Source: Haliotis cracherodii
Taxonomy: Eukaryota
Assembly: GCF_022045235.1 (NCBI RefSeq)
Contig: NW_027266308.1
Span: 51,026,001-51,090,000, forward strand
DNA: 64,000 nt
Direction of reading: 5' to 3'
The position numbers were made by a program, and so were the translations under genes. Positions within the stretch are counted from its first letter, which is position 1. Each line of letters starts with the position of its first letter. Under the pieces are notes generated by a model. The model ran no database searches, was not told where the DNA came from, and worked only from the letters and a program-made list of their open reading frames with translations. Positions 62,931 through 64,000 of this stretch are shown one piece after another.

Positions 62931-64000
62931 CTTCCAAAGAACATATGTAGTTGATAATGTTAAGTGTTCACGTAGAGAGAATGTACAAAAACAATCCAAT
63001 TATGCATGGTTACACAAGAGACAAAATTTCCCCCAGTGCCCTACCACATTCACCAGCTACACCATCAGAAGCACCTCAAGATGATCCTGAGGTATAGATA
63101 AACATCACAGACACAAGCTTTGCATCCCGACTTATGATAGCCATAGTAAAACTTACCTCTTATGTGAGTAAAAATCTCCAGACTTGATTCCAACACCGCC
63201 AATGAATTTATTACAATTGACTCAACTGTCACACAGCGTTTTGACTTTGCCTTGCTGTGATTCTTCAATTAATATCAGATCCTTGAATCTTCATGTGCGT
63301 GTCCAAGAGTGGCAGATGCAGTCCAACATTCCAGAATATAAAAGAACTGTTATAACACTAAACCAGCTTATTGGAACCAGGTGCTGAAACTTATGTCAAG
63401 TGACACCTAGTGAAAAGATTTCAGAGGAAATCTCAGATTTCAATACTCCAATAATAGGTTCTTTTGGTAATGTTGTGATGCTTTCAATGAAGGTACACCA
63501 ACACACAGTAATGAGACGTTCCTTCACGGCACGATAACATGTCCAAGAATGCTTCTATATGGCTGAAGATTTTACATGAAAGAGTGAAAACACTGCTGCC
63601 AATAAACAATGTTTTAACACTGTGATGTCACAAGCCCCCAAACTCCATATAACGCTGTCCTTTCTATCTCTACGATAACACAAGCGATTCTGATATATTT
63701 TCCCAGTAACATAACATCGACCACTTGAATTGAAATGTTAAAGTCGTATACCCAATGCCGAGCTCCGATTTGTCCAATCACAAACAAACAGCCACCACCT
63801 TGGTTCTAAATATAGCGCACAGGCCATGCCATGTGACCTTCTCGTAGGTTGCTGTTTATCCCCGGAGAGGTCTTTGTTTATTTCTCACTCTTGAATAAAC
63901 AAACCTTGAATGTTCGGCATCACTTCAGTTTTGGCATTGTTTGTTTGATAGAGTCAATACACGAATTAAATATCCCACACACGTCATATCATTATTGTTA

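Larger units (their letters stand above)
60830..63420 (-). pseudogene. Decayed two-exon gene of unknown family (exons ~63420-63157 and 61412-~60830)
   Basis: Donor AAGAG|gtaag (63157/63156) and acceptor gtcttcag|A (61413/61412) are phase-compatible, joining ...FIGGVGIKSGDFYSHK-R-LGIIKSFRSNRSTLDHFLNIFNCSGKIHPSSGAWHLYIPRKMDVTKFYEFPIALVSNPKDPPAP; few internal stops, mostly TGA. Confidence 0.5.

Overview
AT-rich animal genomic DNA, probably intronic/intergenic. The SINE repertoire suggests a gastropod mollusc such as abalone (inference from recalled families, not verified). No intact, recognisable protein-coding gene is present. The window holds: (1) about ten minisatellite arrays, which explain all the long ORFs in the track; (2) four short retroposon families with related 3' tails and TSDs, three tRNA-headed (A, C, D) and one (B) with no tRNA head, starting at a fixed 5' end that folds as an H-type pseudoknot plus a duplicated hairpin; (3) MITE-like DNA elements and TIR-less elements with one long terminal palindrome; (4) two minimal hammerhead-ribozyme relics of Penelope type; (5) one clean 45-nt minus-strand exon; (6) many decayed coding-like segments, all on the minus strand and some apparently spliced, which I cannot assign to any family. 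The best novelty candidates are the structured head of family B and the decayed minus-strand gene cluster. All translations, alignments and folds were done by eye; coordinates of degenerate copies are approximate.
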